DNA of 11,433 nucleotides from a virus (Duplodnaviria; Heunggongvirae; Uroviricota; Caudoviricetes): IMG/VR virus record IMGVR_UViG_2526164601_000025, positions 1 to 11,433 of that record; one strand, 5' to 3'. Shown piece by piece: positions 8,348 to 11,433 of this stretch (position 1 is its first letter; each line of letters starts with the position of its first letter). The notes under the pieces were generated by a model. It saw only the letters and a program-made list of their open reading frames with translations, ran no database searches and was not told where the DNA came from. The position numbers and the translations under genes were made by a program.

Positions 8348-8371
8348 AAAAAAGGCGTCATTTCTGACGCC
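8348..8371 (-). terminator. Putative rho-independent terminator between J and lom
   Basis: The minus-strand RNA would read GGCGUCA-GAAA-UGACGCC followed by UUUUUU, about 19 nt downstream of the J stop at 8390. Confidence 0.55.
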
Positions 8372-8389
8372 CGTTCTGGGTTATAAAAT

Positions 8390-11300
8390 TCAGCTGATAC
8401 TGATACCTGCTGTGGATTTTTTCATCACCACAACCAGCAGATCGCTGATACTTGCTGTGGGATACCTGTTATTTACCAGCCATGCTGACACCGAAAACTC
8501 CAGCGTCATGTGACCGTGACCGGCAGGCATATCAATAACGCCACTGTAAATCAGCGTATTATCCAGCGCGGTACGGTTATAAATTTCAGCACCGTTTTTC
8601 CGCACTATCAGACGGCATGAGGAGTAAATATCAGTATGCTCTCTCTCATGTTTAGCGCCGCTGAATGCCACCGCCGGAATAACAATTTGCCGGTCAAACG
8701 GCTGATCGTCATAAACCCTGACGGTAATGGTCCCTGATGGCCACCGCTCCGGTGCACGGGAATCCCGGGGGAAAGCTTTGCCCACTGTTTTAACGAGATC
8801 GCCTTCAATCTGGTTCGCGGACAGTTTTTCCCAGAACCCGACAGTTCTCGTTAATCGTGACGTTGTTGAGCGTCCCGGCGTTCGCATTCACACTGCCACT
8901 GATATCCGCATTTTTAGCGGTCAGCTTTCCGTCCGGTGTCAGGGAAAATGCCGGTGGATTTCCACCGCTGGTAATGGTGGGGGCCGTCAGGCGTTTCAGG
9001 AACACGTCGTTCATGAATATCTGATCGCCCTGACCAACAAACATCGGTTTTGTGTTGCCATTCGCAGGATTAACCATCGCAATCCTGTCCGCCGCCAGCA
9101 GCACCTGACTCTGCATGCCGGCAGACGTATTCTCAATACCGGCACCAATACCCGCAATATAAAGGCGTCCGTCCTTCATCTGTTGCAGCTTCACAGCCCA
9201 CATGCTGTTCAGATTATTATTTGTATCAACCTGAACCTTCTGTATCTGCTGGATCGCTGCACTCTGGTCTTCCAGTTTCTTATTGACGGTCTGCGTGATT
9301 TCATTACTGACATCCGTAATGGACGTCCTGATTTCAGCCAGGTCAGGCGCAAGCTGACCGTTATCAATCTGCGTCCACAACTCCTGAGCCAGATGGGTTT
9401 TCCCTATCTCGCCTTTGAAAAAATCCAGATAGCCGGATGCATCATCACTCGGCTGGCCGACGGCCTCCACAAATGCCGATTTGCCAACGGTGTTCACACT
9501 GCAGATGTAAAAATAATAATCATGGCCCGGCTTAATATTGATACTGGCAGCTATCCAGTACAGCGCCGTGCCAAGATAGCGGGCTGTGGTTTCAACCTGC
9601 CTGATATCCGCAATCCGCTTTTCCGAGAACCAGAATTCAAACTGTACCGTCGGATCATAAACCGCAAGATGCGGCGTGGCGGTTATCTGAAAATAGCCCG
9701 GCGTCAGCTCAATCCGCGACGGCGCTGCCGGTGCGGCAATCCGGAACGATACCGACGCCGGATCGCCCTGCTGTCCCCACGCATTTACCGCCCGGACTGT
9801 CAGCGTGTAACGCCCCAGCGCCAGTTGCCTGAAGCGGTATGTGGTTTCCGTCGTCCGGGCCGTGCTGACCAGCCGCTCACTGCCGTCATCCGCTGCCACG
9901 GTCAGGCGAAGAAGGAAGCTAACGCCCTTCACCACCTTCGGCGTGTCCCAGCGCGCCAGCACCTGATATTCCCCGCTGTCTGCGGTGACTTCGGCAGTCA
10001 GGTGCTGTACCGCTGGCCGGCGTGACACCATTCACCGTGCCGCTCTGGTCGCCGTCAAAGTGCGCCCCGTTATCCACGATGGCTTCTTTTTCCGGTACAT
10101 GCTGCACGGCAGTGATGGCATACGTGCCGTCATCGTTCTCACGGATACTCACGCAGCGGAACAGGCGCTGGCGCAGCGTCGGCAGCTTCAGCCCCCATAC
10201 GCTGTATTCAGCAACGCCGTCAGGAACACGGCTCACTTTCACCTTCACGCCGTCGGTGACGGACTGAACCTCCACGCTGACCGGATTGCCACTTCCGTCA
10301 ACCAGGCTTATCAGCGTGGTACCGGAGGATGGCAGCGTGATTTCACGGTCGAGCGTCAGCGTCCGGGTCTGGCTGTTCACCGCCAGCACGCGCCCGCCGG
10401 TGCTGATACCGGCATAGTCATCATCGCAGATTTCAATGACATCGCCCGGCACATGGCGAAGCCCTTCAGCACCCACGCTGAAATCCACGGTCTGCGTCTC
10501 CAGCAGTTCCGTTTTAATCAGCCACAGCCCGGCGCGGTGTGCCTCGCCCCGACTGGTACAGCCAAAGGCATCCATCTTCGTGACATTACGACCGTAACGG
10601 GCAATGGCCTGCGTATCTTCAACAAGCTCTGTCGCCGTCTCCCAGCCGTTGTCCGGGTCAATCCAGTTCACCTCAACGGCATTATGGCGGTCCTTCAGGG
10701 CGCTGAAGCTGTAGCGGAACGGCGCGCCATCATCCGGCATCACCACATTACTGCGGTTATAGGTCCACACCTTATCCGACGGTCGGTCCTGCACGAACGT
10801 CAGCGTCTGCCCGTTCCATACCAGCATACAGCGCATCGCCGAGCAGAAATCACTGAGCACATCCCACGCCTTGCGCTGTGTGGTCAGGTACGCATTACAG
10901 GTGATGCGCGGCTCCGTGCCGCCAAAGCCGTCCGGCACTGACTGGTCGCAGTACTGGCCGATGACATACAGCGCCCATTTGTCCACATCCGCCGCACCAA
11001 GACGTTTCCCCATGCCGTAGCGTGGATGGGTCAGCATATCCCACAGACACCAGGCCATGTTATTGCTGTATGCTGGCTTAAACGTTCCGTCCCAGATACC
11101 GCTGTATTGCCGAGTCTGCGGGTTATAGTTCGACGGCACCTGCAGAATACGCCCGCGCAGATGATAATTACGGCTCACCTGCTGGCTGCCGAACTGCTCC
11201 GAATCCACCTGTACGCCGACCAGTGCCGTGTTCGGGTAGCACTGTTTCACATCGATGATTTCGGTGTATGACGACCAGAGCGTTTTGTTCTGCAGCTGGT

Positions 11301-11433
11301 CTGTGGTGCTGTCCGGCGTCATCCTGCGCATCCGGATATTGAACGGGCGCGGCGGCAGGTCACCCACCACCACCGAGGCCAGATACTGCGAGGTGGTTTT
11401 GCCTTTAATGGTGATGTCTTTTTCCGTCACCCA
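8390..11433 (-). pseudogene. J: Host specificity protein J (tail tip central fibre), C-terminal ~875 codons; N-terminus lies beyond the window. Interrupted by two frameshifts, near 10008-10022 and in a T5 (coding-strand A5) run at 8825-8829.
   Basis: Three consecutive minus-strand ORFs in different frames (9919..11430, 8805..10031, 8390..8887) each match successive parts of lambda J as recalled (TEKDITIKGKTTSQYLASVVVGDLPPRPFNIRMRR... ; ...[37 protein letters not shown]... ; ...WPSGT.TV.V.DD.PFDRQIV...VDMPAG...). Removing one A from the A5 run restores ...[21 protein letters not shown]... in frame. Confidence 0.9.

Noticed and set aside
8727-10941. Plus-strand ORFs of 432 aa (8727..10025) and 318 aa (9985..10941) antisense to J
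   Set aside because: Arg/His-rich translations typical of antisense frames in GC-rich coding DNA. The minus strand encodes a clearly recognisable J protein over the same interval.
1-11433. CRISPR arrays, toxin-antitoxin pairs or known defence-system signatures
   Set aside because: I saw no direct-repeat/spacer periodicity and no ORFs with nuclease, ATPase, methyltransferase or other defence-type motifs. All sizeable ORFs are accounted for by IS2, effectors and phage tail genes.

Overview
This window is the right-hand end of a lambdoid prophage from an attaching/effacing Escherichia coli-type genome, with its genes on the minus strand. Reading from high to low coordinates: host-specificity protein J (C-terminal ~875 codons, 8390-11433), lom (7724-8323), a Stf-like tail fibre with a collagen-like G-X-Y block (6347-7659), and an 89-aa ORF paralogous to the tail-fibre C-terminus (6076-6345). 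An AT-rich cargo cassette of three type III secretion effectors follows: an nleG-family U-box E3 ligase (5276-5866), nleL/espX7 HECT-like E3 ligase (2855-5226) and nleC zinc metalloprotease (1615-2601). The cassette ends at a 62-nt 3' fragment of tRNA-Ser (950-1011), which I read as the prophage attachment site. The first 665 nt are the right end of IS2. Four frameshifts interrupt nleL, the tail fibre and J (twice); three lie in homopolymer runs, so sequencing error versus real decay cannot be decided from sequence alone. I found no evidence of a novel defence or other undescribed multi-gene system; the most novel-looking element is the small tail-fibre-tip paralogue. All homology calls are from recalled protein sequences, not database searches.
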